DNA of 64,000 nucleotides from Candidatus Methanosuratincola verstraetei (GCA_049570475.1 CP186953.1:1457744-1521743), one strand, 5' to 3'. Shown: positions 28,391-38,692, counted from the first letter of the stretch. Made by a program: numbers and translations. Notes: generated by a model from the letters alone, not told the origin.

Positions 28391-28936
28391 CTACTCTACA
28401 AGCAGGAGGCCGTAGAAGGAGGGCTTCGCATCCCTGCCCTTGCAAACGCCGATCTTGTAGCCCGCCTTTGCCGCTGTGGCGAAGACGTCGATGCCGCACC
28501 CCTCCATTGAGGGCCTCAGCTTCTCAGGGTGGATGCACGATTCGAGGTTGCACTCCTCGCAGTATGGGCAGCCGTCTGTGGCCAAGGCAAAAGCCTTGTA
28601 GTGCCCCCTCAGGAAGGCCTCGCGCTCCAGCCTGAGCATCAGGTCGTGGCAGAACAATGAGAACTCGCTCAAGTCAGGGGGCTCAATCCTCACCAGTATC
28701 GCGTGCCTGTACTCGCCTAGGACCCTGCTGAACTCCTCCGGGGTAGGCGAAAACGGAGGGCAAGCCAGGGATCTTCCGTAGCCGTCGCATCCGTACTGGC
28801 ACTTAAGCCTCACCCAGTTGCCGACGACCACTTCTTTTGCCTCTATGACCCTCGCATCCTCCGCACCCAGCGACACGGCGACCCTGCAAAGCTCAGCGAG
28901 CCTCTCCCCCTCTTCGCATTCGGACAATTGGCGCAC
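28391..28936 (-). CDS. DUF2284 metal-binding protein
   Basis: VRLKCQYGC..YG..ACPP, CPYCEEC, RPSMEGCGIDV. Confidence 0.88.
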   Translation of the reverse strand: MRQLSECEEGERLAELCRVAVSLGAEDARVIEAKEVVVGNWVRLKCQYGCDGYGRSLACPPFSPTPEEFSRVLGEYRHAILVRIEPPDLSEFSLFCHDLMLRLEREAFLRGHYKAFALATDGCPYCEECNLESCIHPEKLRPSMEGCGIDVFATAAKAGYKIGVCKGRDAKPSFYGLLLVE

Positions 28937-29124
28937 CCTGCCTGCTGTCTAATTCCTTGCGCCAACAAATTAAGCATTGGCTTTTGGAGGGGCGCCTCAA
29001 GTCAATGGTGGGAAAAACTCGGGTCGCCCTCCCCATGCCACTCGGCAACTGGGATCTCGCGCCAAAGACCTATATTGACCAGTTTCGCTGGGATCCAGTC
29101 AGGACTCGGCAGGTGCGGCGTGGA

Positions 29125-30126
29125 TCAGGCGGGTCTCCCGACCAAGATGTTGTCCTTGACCCTGAGCAGCCTCACGTCTATGATCTCCCCAATCCCCCCG
29201 TTCGCCTCAACCACAGTGATCAATCTCTTGCCGCTAGGATCAACCGCTAGCATCTCGCCCTTTAGCCAGCCAGGCCCGACTATCCTTGCCCTTACCCTTT
29301 CCCCGCGCCTGTATGGGTTCCTTATGGCCCGCTCTTTCCTCATCCCAAAGTCGGAGGGCTTGAGGACCAGCTTGACCCCATGCTTGCCCTCCAGCCACCT
29401 CAGGCGTTCATAAAAATCGTACCAGCTGATGTACCTTATCCGCCGATCTTTCCTGCCAAACCTGTGCCTCTCGCACTTCTGAATCCCCAGAGGGGGCCAC
29501 CTCTTCCCTGCGCCGAGGCTCTTTGCCCAATCGATGAGGCCGTCCAGCTCGCATGTGTTTATCGGGTTGACCCATACTGGGGCTATCAGCATGTCGATCC
29601 CGGTGTTCCTGACCGCATATTCAGCCATTTCCATGATCCTGGCAGGGCTGTACGATCCGGTGCCGGAGAGGTCCTTCGCCAGGGCAGGGTCCAACGCGTC
29701 CAGGGAAAGGTTGATCCGGGAGAGGCCTGCCGCCCCGAGATCGTCGAGGATCCGTTCGCTCAGGAGGTAGCCATGGGTCTGCATCGACACCACTTCGACC
29801 CCTCTGGTGGAAGACAGCTCGTGGACCAGGTCGGATATCCTTGGGTAGGTTAGGGGATCCCCCACGGTGTCGATATGCGCCTCGACGCCCTTCCCCTTCA
29901 TGCTGGCCACGGGCCTGAACCACTCCATCAGGTGATCTAGATCCACTATGTACTCAGCATTCCTCATCGTTGACTTCGGCCCGGCGTCGGTGGAGCAGAA
30001 TATGCAGTTCAGGGGGCAAGCCGTTGAAGGCCTCACCTGTATCACATTCGTCCCCCTGTCTATCAGTCCGAAAGATATTGCCCCTATCAGCGGCACGTCT
30101 TGGGGAACTTTGTATGTCGTAGCCAA
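29125..30126 (-). CDS. Radical SAM protein with C-terminal TRAM domain (archaeal COG2100-like)
   Basis: PLIG...FG.IDRGTNVIQVRP, CPLNCIFC, C-terminal beta-rich TRAM-like segment. Confidence 0.88.
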   Translation of the reverse strand: MATTYKVPQDVPLIGAISFGLIDRGTNVIQVRPSTACPLNCIFCSTDAGPKSTMRNAEYIVDLDHLMEWFRPVASMKGKGVEAHIDTVGDPLTYPRISDLVHELSSTRGVEVVSMQTHGYLLSERILDDLGAAGLSRINLSLDALDPALAKDLSGTGSYSPARIMEMAEYAVRNTGIDMLIAPVWVNPINTCELDGLIDWAKSLGAGKRWPPLGIQKCERHRFGRKDRRIRYISWYDFYERLRWLEGKHGVKLVLKPSDFGMRKERAIRNPYRRGERVRARIVGPGWLKGEMLAVDPSGKRLITVVEANGGIGEIIDVRLLRVKDNILVGRPA

Positions 30127-30239
30127 TTCTGCCCCACCCCATTACAGCCACAATCGCCTCCTATAAAAGGGATTTTGGAACCGGTTCGGAAGGAGATCGG
30201 GAGTACAATTTATTAGGGGTCTGATCTGCTCTTATCCTC

Positions 30240-31679
30240 ATGTCCGACAGGGTGTTTTCGATGAGCGGGCTGGAAGTGATGTTCTCCCCAAGGAGCATTG
30301 CAGTTGTAGGGGCATCCAAGAACCCCAAGAAGATAGGATACGAGCTCGTCAGCAACATCCTCACTGGGGGCTACGAGGGGAAGCTCTACCCCGTCAACCC
30401 TGAGGGCGCGGATGTGATGGGGCTGAAGTCATACACTTCCGTCAGGCAGATCCCTGGGGAGGTCGACCTGGCGGTGATAGCAGTCCCAGCCGCGTATGTG
30501 CCGGACGTACTGATGGAATGCGGTGAGAAGGGGATCAAGGCTGCCCTGATCATCAGCTCCGGATTCAGGGAGGTCGGGAACCTGGATCTCGAGGAGAGGC
30601 TGGTCCAGACCGCCAGGAAATACGGCATGCGGATATTGGGCCCTAACATCTTCGGCCTCTACTATGCGCCGTCAAAGATGAACGCGACCTTCGGTCTTTC
30701 CAGGGTCTTCCCGGGCAGGATAGCTTTCGTGACGCAGAGCGGCGCCCTGGGCATCGCGATGATGGGGTGGACGAACCTTTACAGGATCGGCGTCTCTGCT
30801 GTAGTCAGCATGGGCAACAAGGCAGACATCGAGGAGGCAGACGTCCTGGACTTCTTCTCGGAGGACAGGAACACCGGGGCCGTCCTGATGTACATCGAGG
30901 GCGCCAAGGACGGGAGGCGGCTTCTCGACTCTATGCGCAGGTCGAGCCTGAAAAAGCCGGTGATAGTGCTCAAGTCTGGAAGGACTGGCGCTGGCGCCTC
31001 TGCAGCCTCTTCGCACACAGGATCCCTGGCCGGGTCTGACGCGGTCTACGACGCAGCGTTCAGGCAGTGCGGGGCCCTCAGGGCGTCCGATCTAGCCCAG
31101 GCTTTCGACTGGGCGAAGCTGATGACCCTTCAGCCTCCCCCGCTGAACGACAACTGCCTCATCATAACAAACGGCGGCGGGGTTGGCGTCATGGCTGCAG
31201 ACGCCTGCGAAGAGTCTGGAGTGCCTATCCGGCAGCTGCCAGAGGATCTCCAGCTTGAATTCAAGCGCCTCATGCCCGTCTTCGGGAACTCGAAGAACCC
31301 GGTGGACCTGACAGGGCAGGCGTACGAGGAGAGCTATGCCAAGTCGGTCGAGCTTGCCCTGAAGGACCCGAGGATAGGGTCTGTCATAGTGCTCTACTGC
31401 CAGACCGCGATAACTGATCCCGTATCCATCGCCAAGGCAATCGCGGACGGCTGCGAGGCGCACGGCTGCGAGAAGACTGTAGTGACGAGCTTCATCGGAG
31501 GCACCCAGTGCAACGAGGCGATGCAGAAGCTTGACGAGCGGGGCATGCCTTCGTATCCGATACCTGAGAGGGCCGTTTCTGCACTAGCAGCCTACTACAG
31601 GTGGCAGAGGTACAGGTTGAAAAAAGGGCAGCCTAGTCCCACCACTTCTTCTCAAGCGGCATCGCAAGTATCTCCTTGA
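30240..31679 (+). CDS. acdA: Acetate/acyl-CoA ligase (ADP-forming) alpha subunit
   Basis: PRSIAVVGAS, GPN, QSGALG, GNKADI, SHTGSLAG (phospho-His), TNGGGVGV, NPVDLTG. Confidence 0.93.
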   Translation: MSDRVFSMSGLEVMFSPRSIAVVGASKNPKKIGYELVSNILTGGYEGKLYPVNPEGADVMGLKSYTSVRQIPGEVDLAVIAVPAAYVPDVLMECGEKGIKAALIISSGFREVGNLDLEERLVQTARKYGMRILGPNIFGLYYAPSKMNATFGLSRVFPGRIAFVTQSGALGIAMMGWTNLYRIGVSAVVSMGNKADIEEADVLDFFSEDRNTGAVLMYIEGAKDGRRLLDSMRRSSLKKPVIVLKSGRTGAGASAASSHTGSLAGSDAVYDAAFRQCGALRASDLAQAFDWAKLMTLQPPPLNDNCLIITNGGGVGVMAADACEESGVPIRQLPEDLQLEFKRLMPVFGNSKNPVDLTGQAYEESYAKSVELALKDPRIGSVIVLYCQTAITDPVSIAKAIADGCEAHGCEKTVVTSFIGGTQCNEAMQKLDERGMPSYPIPERAVSALAAYYRWQRYRLKKGQPSPTTSSQAASQVSP

Positions 31680-32259
31680 TCTCGAGCCGCTTGGTCTTGT
31701 CCCTGGAGAAGACGGTTCCGGGGAAGGTTGACCTCAACACGATGGCTGTGTCTGCACCATCGCCGCTGCCACCGACGCCTATCACGTCCTTGTATGGCTC
31801 CAGGACCCCGCACTCGACCGCGCAGAGGACGACCTCGACTGCGACCTTCATCCCCTGGCCAAAGGCGTATAGGGTGTCCCTGAAGGTCTTTTCAGGCGTC
31901 GGGATCTCTGCCTCGGATCCCTCGTACAGGGAACCGTGGAGCATATAAGGCGCAGAATCGAGCACGATGGCCCCGAGGTTCTCCAGCTCCTCCTTGGCAC
32001 TCGGGTCCATGCACGGCCACTCGAAGCCCATCTCCCTCCTGTACGGCCCGTCGGAGACGCAGACTATCCTGGCCTCGTCCCTGAGCGCCCTCGCGAAATC
32101 CAGCGCGGTCTTCCCTGTCGAGCTCGCGACCACAAGGTCCCTTATGCCGCTCCTCTCGATGTGCTTTGTGACCGCCTCCACCACCAGGTCAGTGTTCTGC
32201 GGCCCAGGCCTCTCGAAATAATAAACCTCGCGCATCTTGAAAGTCATAACCGTCCCCAC
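31633..32259 (-). CDS. Pyruvate-kinase C-terminal-like domain protein (MTH1675/COG1751 family)
   Basis: YFERPGPQNT, VVASSTGKTA, FGQGMKVAVE, GADTA. Confidence 0.85.
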   Translation of the reverse strand: MGTVMTFKMREVYYFERPGPQNTDLVVEAVTKHIERSGIRDLVVASSTGKTALDFARALRDEARIVCVSDGPYRREMGFEWPCMDPSAKEELENLGAIVLDSAPYMLHGSLYEGSEAEIPTPEKTFRDTLYAFGQGMKVAVEVVLCAVECGVLEPYKDVIGVGGSGDGADTAIVLRSTFPGTVFSRDKTKRLEIKEILAMPLEKKWWD

Positions 32260-32301
32260 TACAATTTGCTGTGCTGCCTTTTAAAAAGGATCTTGCTCTA
32301 A

Positions 32302-32329
32302 AAGGTTATATAACACCTTGAAACACCTT
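32302..32329. promoter_or_regulatory. Lrp promoter: TATA plus AACACCTT direct repeats 10 bp apart
   Basis: GTTATATAA followed by AACACCTT at 32312-32319 and 32322-32329. Confidence 0.35.
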
Positions 32330-32344
32330 AAGGCAGTGCTTGAT

Positions 32345-32773
32345 ATGGCCCTCGACGAACTCGACATGAAGATAATCAATGCGCTGCAGAAGGATGCGAG
32401 CCTTTCGTACTCGGAACTTGCGCGGCAGCTAGGCCAGAACGAGTCCACTATAAGGAAACGGGTGCTGACGCTGAGGGAACGCGGCGTGATCAAGAAGTTC
32501 ACCATAATCGTCGACAACCTCAAGATCGGGTACAACACCATTGCAGTCGTGGGCTTCGATGTCGATCCGGGCATGCTCCTTGAGGTCGCCCAGAAGCTGT
32601 CGGAGCTCGAGGAGGTCCGGTACGTAGCCACCTCGACCGGCGACCACATGATCATGGCAGAGATATGGGGCAGGGACGGGCGCGAGCTGTCGCAGACGCT
32701 CTCAAAGATAGGCTCGATCCAGGGAATCAAGAGGATCTGCCCTTCGATCCTGCTGGAAAAGGTAAAAGAATAG
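32345..32773 (+). CDS. lrpA: Lrp/AsnC-family transcriptional regulator (LrpA-like)
   Basis: LDELDMKII..LQKD..SYSELAR HTH; STGDHMIM; RICPSILLE. Confidence 0.85.
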   Translation: MALDELDMKIINALQKDASLSYSELARQLGQNESTIRKRVLTLRERGVIKKFTIIVDNLKIGYNTIAVVGFDVDPGMLLEVAQKLSELEEVRYVATSTGDHMIMAEIWGRDGRELSQTLSKIGSIQGIKRICPSILLEKVKE

Positions 32774-32805
32774 CCCTTTTTCCGTCTTTGGTCTTCCGCC
32801 TCACT

Positions 32806-35151
32806 TCACTCCTTGTGCCTCTTGAGCAGAAGCGAGTTCGACACCACCGAGACTGAGCTGAGGGACATCGCAAGCGCTGCTATCTCAGGCCTGAGCGTCA
32901 GGTATGGGTAAAGTATGCCAGCCGCAATCGGTATGCCTGCAGAGTTGTAGGCGAGGGCCCAGAACATGTTCTGCCTGATCTTGCTCATGGTCTTCCTCCC
33001 GAGCCGGATCGAAGAGACGACGCCCAGCAGGTCATCCCTCGTCAGGATTATCCCGCCCGCCTCCTTCGCTATCTCGGTCCCGCTGCCGATCGCTATGCCA
33101 ACGTCAGCTTGGGTCAGCGCCGGTGCATCGTTTATGCCGTCGCCCACGAATGCGACCACCCTCCCCTCGGACTGGAGCATGGAGATCCTCTGCGCCTTCT
33201 CCCCTGGGGAGACCTCCGCGAAGTACTTCTCAATACCGATCTCCCTGCAGATCGCCTTCGCGACCCTCTCGTTGTCGCCGGTGATCATGTAGACCTCGAG
33301 CCCCTCTTTCTTGAGCCCCTCCACGGCCTCCTTGGCATCAGGCTTGGGCCTGTCGATCATTGCTATCATCCCGACGACCTTGCCCCCCAACGCCAGTATT
33401 GAGACCGTCTTGCCCTCAGACTCGATCCTTGCGGCTACTCCTTCAGCCCCATCCATTGCGATCCCGAGCCTGCCCATGATTTTCCTGTTCCCGATCGCAG
33501 CCTCCTTGCCGTCAACCTTGCCCCTAATCCCCTCCCCGGGGAAAGCCTCGAACTCCTCGAGCCTGTAGCGCGGGAGCCCTGCTGCCCTCTCCATCACCGC
33601 GGCTGCGAGCGGGTGCTCCGATCCCCCTTCGAGCGTGGCGGCTACCCTCAGGATCTCCTCCTCCCCAACCCCTGCGAGGTCAACGACCTCCACGACCGAT
33701 GGCTTCCCGGCAGTCAGGGTCCCTGTCTTGTCGAAGACGACCGTGTCGAGCTTCCTGACCGCCTCGAGTACCTCCCCGCCCTTTATCAGGATGCCCATCT
33801 CCGCCCCTTTCCCGATCCCCACCATTATTGCCGCCGGGGTGGCCAGGCCCAGGGCGCACGGGCATGCTATCACAAGGACTGAGACAGCCATGAGCATGGA
33901 GAACCCGATCCCCTTCCCCAAGAGCATCCAGGCTATGAATGTGATCAGCGCGATCGATACCACGGCAGGCACGAAGCGCGAGGCGACGTAGTCTGCGAAC
34001 CTCTGGATCGGCGCCTTCCTGGCCTGGGCCTCCTCCACGAAGCTGATGATCTGCGCCAGGAACGAGTCCCTCCCGACCCTCTCGACCCTCACCCTTATCA
34101 AGCCCGTCTTGTTGATCGTCCCCCCGATCACGGAGCCGCCCTCCGCCTTGTCGACCGGCACGCTCTCGCCAGTCACCATCGACTCGTCCACAGCGGCGCT
34201 CCCAGAGATTATTGTGCCGTCCGCAGGGATCGCCTCGCCCGGCCTTACAACCACCTCGTCCCCAGGCGCGAGCTCATCCACCGGGACTTTCCTCTCCTCG
34301 CCGCCCTTGACCACCGAGGCGTACTTCGGCTGGAGCTCCATAAGCTTCCTTATCGACATGGATGCCCTCGACTTTGCGGCATCCTCGAGGTACCTGCCGA
34401 GCAGCACGAAAGTTATCAGCATCGCAGCCGCGTCGTAGTAGAGGTCCCCCGCTGCGAAGAATGTGTTGTATACGCTGTAGAGATAGGCCGCAGTGGCGCC
34501 CAGCGCCACGAGCACATTCATGTCGGGCACCCCCCTCCTGAGCGACTTGTAAGACCCTATGTAGAACGGGCTGCCGCCGACGACCAGGACTGCAGTCCCC
34601 AGCAGGAACAGTATGATTGAGCGGTAAGGCAGGTCCATCAAGAACATGCTGATGACAAAGATGGGGATGGTCGCGACAAGGCTGAAGAGGAACCTGGGCC
34701 TGAACCTGCTTCCCTTGGTGGCGGTGCCTCCCTCCCTTATCATGGGGGTGTAGCCGAGTCCCTTGATCGCGTCCCTGAGCTCTGATGCAGAAGCCACCGA
34801 CGGGAGGTATTCCACGATGACCAACTTCGTCGCAAGGTTCGCGTTGACAGCCACAACGCCGTCCTTCTCCAGCAGCCCCTCCTCCAGCGCCCTTATGCAC
34901 GATGCGCACCTCATGTCCTCGACATAGAATGCGATCCTCTCGGCAACAGGCTTGTAGCCCGCCTCCTCGATCGCCCCCTTGATTGATCTGGCATTCGCCA
35001 GCGAGGGGTCATACTCGACTATTGCAGTCCCAGATCCGAAGCTGACCTCCGCCTTGTGCACCCCTTTCAGCGCAGCCAGCGACTTTTCGATGTTCAGCGC
35101 GCACGTTGCGCAGTGCATCCCTTCGATCCTGATCGACGCTTTCTTCCGCAT
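32806..35151 (-). CDS. copA: Cu(I)-translocating P1B-type ATPase with two HMA domains
   Basis: GMHCATC, MRCASC, TGES, CPC, DKTGT, SEHP, GDGINDAP, YN and MSLSS. Confidence 0.95.
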   Translation of the reverse strand: MRKKASIRIEGMHCATCALNIEKSLAALKGVHKAEVSFGSGTAIVEYDPSLANARSIKGAIEEAGYKPVAERIAFYVEDMRCASCIRALEEGLLEKDGVVAVNANLATKLVIVEYLPSVASASELRDAIKGLGYTPMIREGGTATKGSRFRPRFLFSLVATIPIFVISMFLMDLPYRSIILFLLGTAVLVVGGSPFYIGSYKSLRRGVPDMNVLVALGATAAYLYSVYNTFFAAGDLYYDAAAMLITFVLLGRYLEDAAKSRASMSIRKLMELQPKYASVVKGGEERKVPVDELAPGDEVVVRPGEAIPADGTIISGSAAVDESMVTGESVPVDKAEGGSVIGGTINKTGLIRVRVERVGRDSFLAQIISFVEEAQARKAPIQRFADYVASRFVPAVVSIALITFIAWMLLGKGIGFSMLMAVSVLVIACPCALGLATPAAIMVGIGKGAEMGILIKGGEVLEAVRKLDTVVFDKTGTLTAGKPSVVEVVDLAGVGEEEILRVAATLEGGSEHPLAAAVMERAAGLPRYRLEEFEAFPGEGIRGKVDGKEAAIGNRKIMGRLGIAMDGAEGVAARIESEGKTVSILALGGKVVGMIAMIDRPKPDAKEAVEGLKKEGLEVYMITGDNERVAKAICREIGIEKYFAEVSPGEKAQRISMLQSEGRVVAFVGDGINDAPALTQADVGIAIGSGTEIAKEAGGIILTRDDLLGVVSSIRLGRKTMSKIRQNMFWALAYNSAGIPIAAGILYPYLTLRPEIAALAMSLSSVSVVSNSLLLKRHKE

Positions 35152-35234
35152 GAGTGATCAATCGCAGTGTTTTTCTATTAAGCCTTGCATACCCCTTCCA
35201 TTGGAGCCCGACGCTTAATTCCGACTGGAGATGA

Positions 35235-36050
35235 ATGAAGAGCATGCCCCTCCCCCACTGGATGGTAAGGCTGATCATCCGCCTCTTCCCGAAGAGGTTT
35301 TCCATAGCGAGGCTGAGCAAGATCCCGGTCTTCGGGAGCCTGATAGACCTTGCGTTCTTCGACAAGGACCGGATAATGTTCATACCGAGGGTCGTCGATC
35401 TCGACGCCAACTTCGCGGAGCCGGAGAGCATCCCCCTCCCCTACGCTGTAGCCGAGCACTTTGTGAAGATCGCGGATCACCACTGGGTAATGAACTTCTG
35501 CATCTGCAGGGTCTCCAACGGGTGCAGGGACTACCCCCGGGAGCTCGGGTGCCTCTTCCTTGGGGAGGCTTCACAGAGGATCGACCCGAGCCTGGGGCGC
35601 AGGGTGACGAGGGAGGAGGCTCTGGAACACCTGAGGAGGTGCAGGGAAGCCGGGCTCGTCCACCTGGTGGGGAGGAACAAGCTCGACTCGCTGTGGCTCG
35701 GGGTGAAGCCCGCGGATCGGCTCCTCACGATCTGCAACTGCTGCCCCTGCTGCTGCTTGTGGAAGATGATCCCTGACCTCTCGGTTAAGATAAGGAGGAA
35801 AGTGGCGCGGATGCCCGGGGTGGAAGTGAAGGTCGACCGGGAGAAGTGCAGGGGCTGCGGGGCCTGCACAGGGGTGTGCTTCGTCAATGCAATATCCCTC
35901 GAGGGCGGCAAGGCGCTCATCAGCAGCGAGTGCAGGGGCTGCGGGAGGTGCGCAGAGTCGTGCCCCAACGGCGCTATATCAGTGACGATCGCCGACAGCG
36001 ACTACTTGAGGGAAGCGATATCGCAGATCTCTTCTGCCGTCGAACTCTGA
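35235..36050 (+). CDS. 4Fe-4S dicluster-binding protein with additional Cys motifs
   Basis: CICR..C, ICNCCPCCC, CRGCGAC...C, CRGCGRC...CP. Confidence 0.85.
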   Translation: MKSMPLPHWMVRLIIRLFPKRFSIARLSKIPVFGSLIDLAFFDKDRIMFIPRVVDLDANFAEPESIPLPYAVAEHFVKIADHHWVMNFCICRVSNGCRDYPRELGCLFLGEASQRIDPSLGRRVTREEALEHLRRCREAGLVHLVGRNKLDSLWLGVKPADRLLTICNCCPCCCLWKMIPDLSVKIRRKVARMPGVEVKVDREKCRGCGACTGVCFVNAISLEGGKALISSECRGCGRCAESCPNGAISVTIADSDYLREAISQISSAVEL

Positions 36051-36052
36051 CC

Positions 36053-36199
36053 CTATTTCTTGAGGTACTTCTCCGGGTCTCTGTCGAACATCTTCTTGCA
36101 GCCCGGCGCGCAGAAGTAATACGCCTTCCCCTTGTACTCGCTCCTGAACTTCGCAGACTTCTCGTCCACTTCCATTCCGCAGACTGGATCTATCGCCAT
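36053..36199 (-). CDS. YHS/TRASH-domain metal chaperone (48 aa, absent from the ORF track)
   Basis: Translates MAIDPVCGMEVDEKSAKFRSEYKGKAYYFCAPGCKKMFDRDPEKYLKK; near copA. Confidence 0.9.
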   Translation of the reverse strand: MAIDPVCGMEVDEKSAKFRSEYKGKAYYFCAPGCKKMFDRDPEKYLKK

Positions 36200-36402
36200 A
36201 AGGATCAGTGAATGATATCCCGGCGCGCCTAGAAAAGCCTATCCCGCAATTTTCGGTCGGGTTAAGCCAAAGGCGGCGCCCCTGGGGTTACAGGTGATCG
36301 TGAGATTCGACAGAGCGCGACCGTAACCCCGAGGAGTCCTATGGCGATAAAATCTCACCCATGCCCTTTTAATAAACTATTTGTTTCATATGGAACAATC
36401 AG

Positions 36403-37263
36403 CTATTTCCTGTAGAGCTCCCTCCTCCTGGCTTCGAGCAGGTCGTTGGGCTGCCCCATGTACTCTGCAGCTGTGATGACCTTGCCGCCGTCCGCCCCCT
36501 CGGTGATTGCCTGGATGTACTCCCTGAACTTGAGGTCCCTGAGGAAGTGGTGGTCCACTACGGCCTCCTTGACGCCGCTGGTGATTATCTGCCTCAGGTT
36601 CCTTATGGCTGAGTCCAGCTGATCCCTCGAAGTCCTGTAGCCCAGCATGTACGTCATCGGCCCGTCGATTATCGCCAGGTCGGGCTTCTCCTTCAGTAGG
36701 AATGATGCCTGATCCTCATGGATCGGCCCCTCCACGTCCGACGTGTGGATCACCTTCATCCCTTCGGACTCGACCATTGTCTGGATCACATACCCGAGCG
36801 CGCTGTTCGATCCATGGAAGACCGCCCCGGAGAAGGAGACCTTGGTCCTGCCGAAGGCGAAGGATTTGCCGTCCGCAATCTCGACCCTGCTTGCCCTCCC
36901 CTTCACCATCCCGAGGAAGAGCGGGGCCCTGAAGTCCCTCTGGCTCCTGTTGATGTCGTTGTTCGGATCCTTGACCAGCACCGTCTTGCCCCCGTATATC
37001 TCGAGCGGGATCACATCCCCCGGGTCGTGGTGATCGTAGTGGTAATGCGAGATGACCAGGACGTCCGCTTCCATCCCCCTCTCGGCGATCCTCTCCGCTG
37101 CCTCCCCCATCCTCTCGATTTCGGTCGGGTGGGGTGGAAGCCCAAACCTGTTGGGCGCCAGCGCGACCCCCGGGTCTATCATCACCTTGACGTCCGGGGT
37201 CTCCACGAAAGTGCACATTGACCTGACCCCCATGCTGTCGAAAGCCAGCAGCTCTACCTTCAT
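36403..37263 (-). CDS. MBL-fold metallo-hydrolase (UPF0282-like)
   Basis: DSMGVRSM, IDPG, SHYHYDHH, FHG, HTSD, DHH. Confidence 0.88.
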   Translation of the reverse strand: MKVELLAFDSMGVRSMCTFVETPDVKVMIDPGVALAPNRFGLPPHPTEIERMGEAAERIAERGMEADVLVISHYHYDHHDPGDVIPLEIYGGKTVLVKDPNNDINRSQRDFRAPLFLGMVKGRASRVEIADGKSFAFGRTKVSFSGAVFHGSNSALGYVIQTMVESEGMKVIHTSDVEGPIHEDQASFLLKEKPDLAIIDGPMTYMLGYRTSRDQLDSAIRNLRQIITSGVKEAVVDHHFLRDLKFREYIQAITEGADGGKVITAAEYMGQPNDLLEARRRELYRK

Positions 37264-37375
37264 ATCTCCGTCTCCCCTCCTGATCTCCTAAAGGCAGGAA
37301 ATAAATTGAACTGTCGCCGCCAAACTCCGCACAGCGCTTTTTAATGGGCTCAGATCTACCTGATCTGTGCATCAA

Positions 37376-38692
37376 ATGTACGGCTGGATAGGCGAGATCT
37401 TGCCTGCAGAGGCAGCGGGCAGTGTATCCACTCGGGCATTGGAAGTGAGGTCCAGGCACGCCCCGCTCTGCATACTCTGCAGGGGCGGGAGGCGCCTCTG
37501 CGGGAAGGCGGTCTGCCCCATCGAGCTCAAGGCAAGGGCACTGATAAGCAATTCGGGGGCGGTAATGAGGACCGAGCTTTCGGGATCGTCCCCGCCTTCG
37601 GTCTTCGTGGGTCGCTACGGGTACCCGAAGGTCTCAATAGGGCCCATGGTCCCGCCTGTTTACGGGGACACTTCTGTGATGGACGTCCCCGAGTCCTGGC
37701 TATTTGAGAGCATACCTTCCATCGTCAACTACAGGTACTCGCTTGTGAGGGGGACCGCAAGGGTTGAGGTGGACGCCGCAAGGAGGGGAGGGCGCCTCGT
37801 GGACTCGCTCCAGGAGCTTTCGATGGGCGCAGCCCCGGCAGACGCAGAGGTCACTTTCGCCAAACCCCCTGCAGGAAGGATCTCGATAGACGACAACTCC
37901 CAGCCGTTCGGGCCGTCCGCGCCCCTGAAGCGATTCTCGATCTCCGCCGTCAAGGTCGACCACAGGATCGAGAAGGCATTCTACGACGGGGATTGCTTGG
38001 CTTCAGAAGCCCTCTACGATCTCTACAATTCGGGCGTGGAGGTCTCCAAGCTCCAGCGTGCCTTCAGCATGGGCGTCTTCGGCGTCCAGAAGAACAGGCG
38101 CCTCGTGCCCACCCGGTGGAGCATAACCGCGGTCGACAGCATCCTCTCGCAGAGGCTTATCGAAGAGGTGAAGAGTTATGAGACGATCGACAAGTACCAG
38201 GTCTACTTCTGGAAGCACCAGCACAACACATTCGCCGCCATCCTGCTGCCCAGGGCCTGGTCTTTCGAGTGGATGGAGGCGTGGTTCCCGGGGACCTTCT
38301 GGAACCAGGAAGGGACCTCTGCGGCAGTAGAGGGCGACTATGAGGGGTACGGCGGCAGGAAGACATACCCAGGGATAGGCGGGTGCTACTTCTCGTGCAG
38401 GCTGGGGGTGGCGGAGCACCTGAAGTCGATCCGTAGGCAGGCCGCCGCGCTCGTGGTGAGGGAGATCATGCCCGAGTTCCCGCTCCCGTTGGGCGTTTGG
38501 TTCGTGAGGGAGAACGTCCGCGCAATGTTCAGGAAGCCGCACAATGAGTTCGACGACCTCCCCTCTGCGCTGCGCCACCTGGGCGGGCTGCTCCGGGTGC
38601 CTCTTGGGAAGTGGATCTCGAAGAGCACCATCTTGAGGGATTCGTTTTTACAGCGGAGGATGGACGAGTACTTCAAGGCAGGAGGTCTGTGA
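37376..38692 (+). CDS. nreA: Nre-family DNA repair protein with C-terminal PIP box
   Basis: CILCRGGRRLCG..CP, SPPSVFVG.YGYPKV, RRLVPTRWSITAVD, PLGVWFVRE, QRRMDEYF. Confidence 0.92.
   Translation: MYGWIGEILPAEAAGSVSTRALEVRSRHAPLCILCRGGRRLCGKAVCPIELKARALISNSGAVMRTELSGSSPPSVFVGRYGYPKVSIGPMVPPVYGDTSVMDVPESWLFESIPSIVNYRYSLVRGTARVEVDAARRGGRLVDSLQELSMGAAPADAEVTFAKPPAGRISIDDNSQPFGPSAPLKRFSISAVKVDHRIEKAFYDGDCLASEALYDLYNSGVEVSKLQRAFSMGVFGVQKNRRLVPTRWSITAVDSILSQRLIEEVKSYETIDKYQVYFWKHQHNTFAAILLPRAWSFEWMEAWFPGTFWNQEGTSAAVEGDYEGYGGRKTYPGIGGCYFSCRLGVAEHLKSIRRQAAALVVREIMPEFPLPLGVWFVRENVRAMFRKPHNEFDDLPSALRHLGGLLRVPLGKWISKSTILRDSFLQRRMDEYFKAGGL

Noticed and set aside
28937-29124. Possible ncRNA or ORFs 28928-29413 and 28957-29250
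   Set aside because: No convincing stems or motifs; the ORFs overlap real genes on the opposite strand.
36284-36358. Call as an HDV-like ribozyme
   Set aside because: Helix order fits, but the L3/P1.1 and catalytic-strand consensus are not evident; kept only as an unclassified structure.
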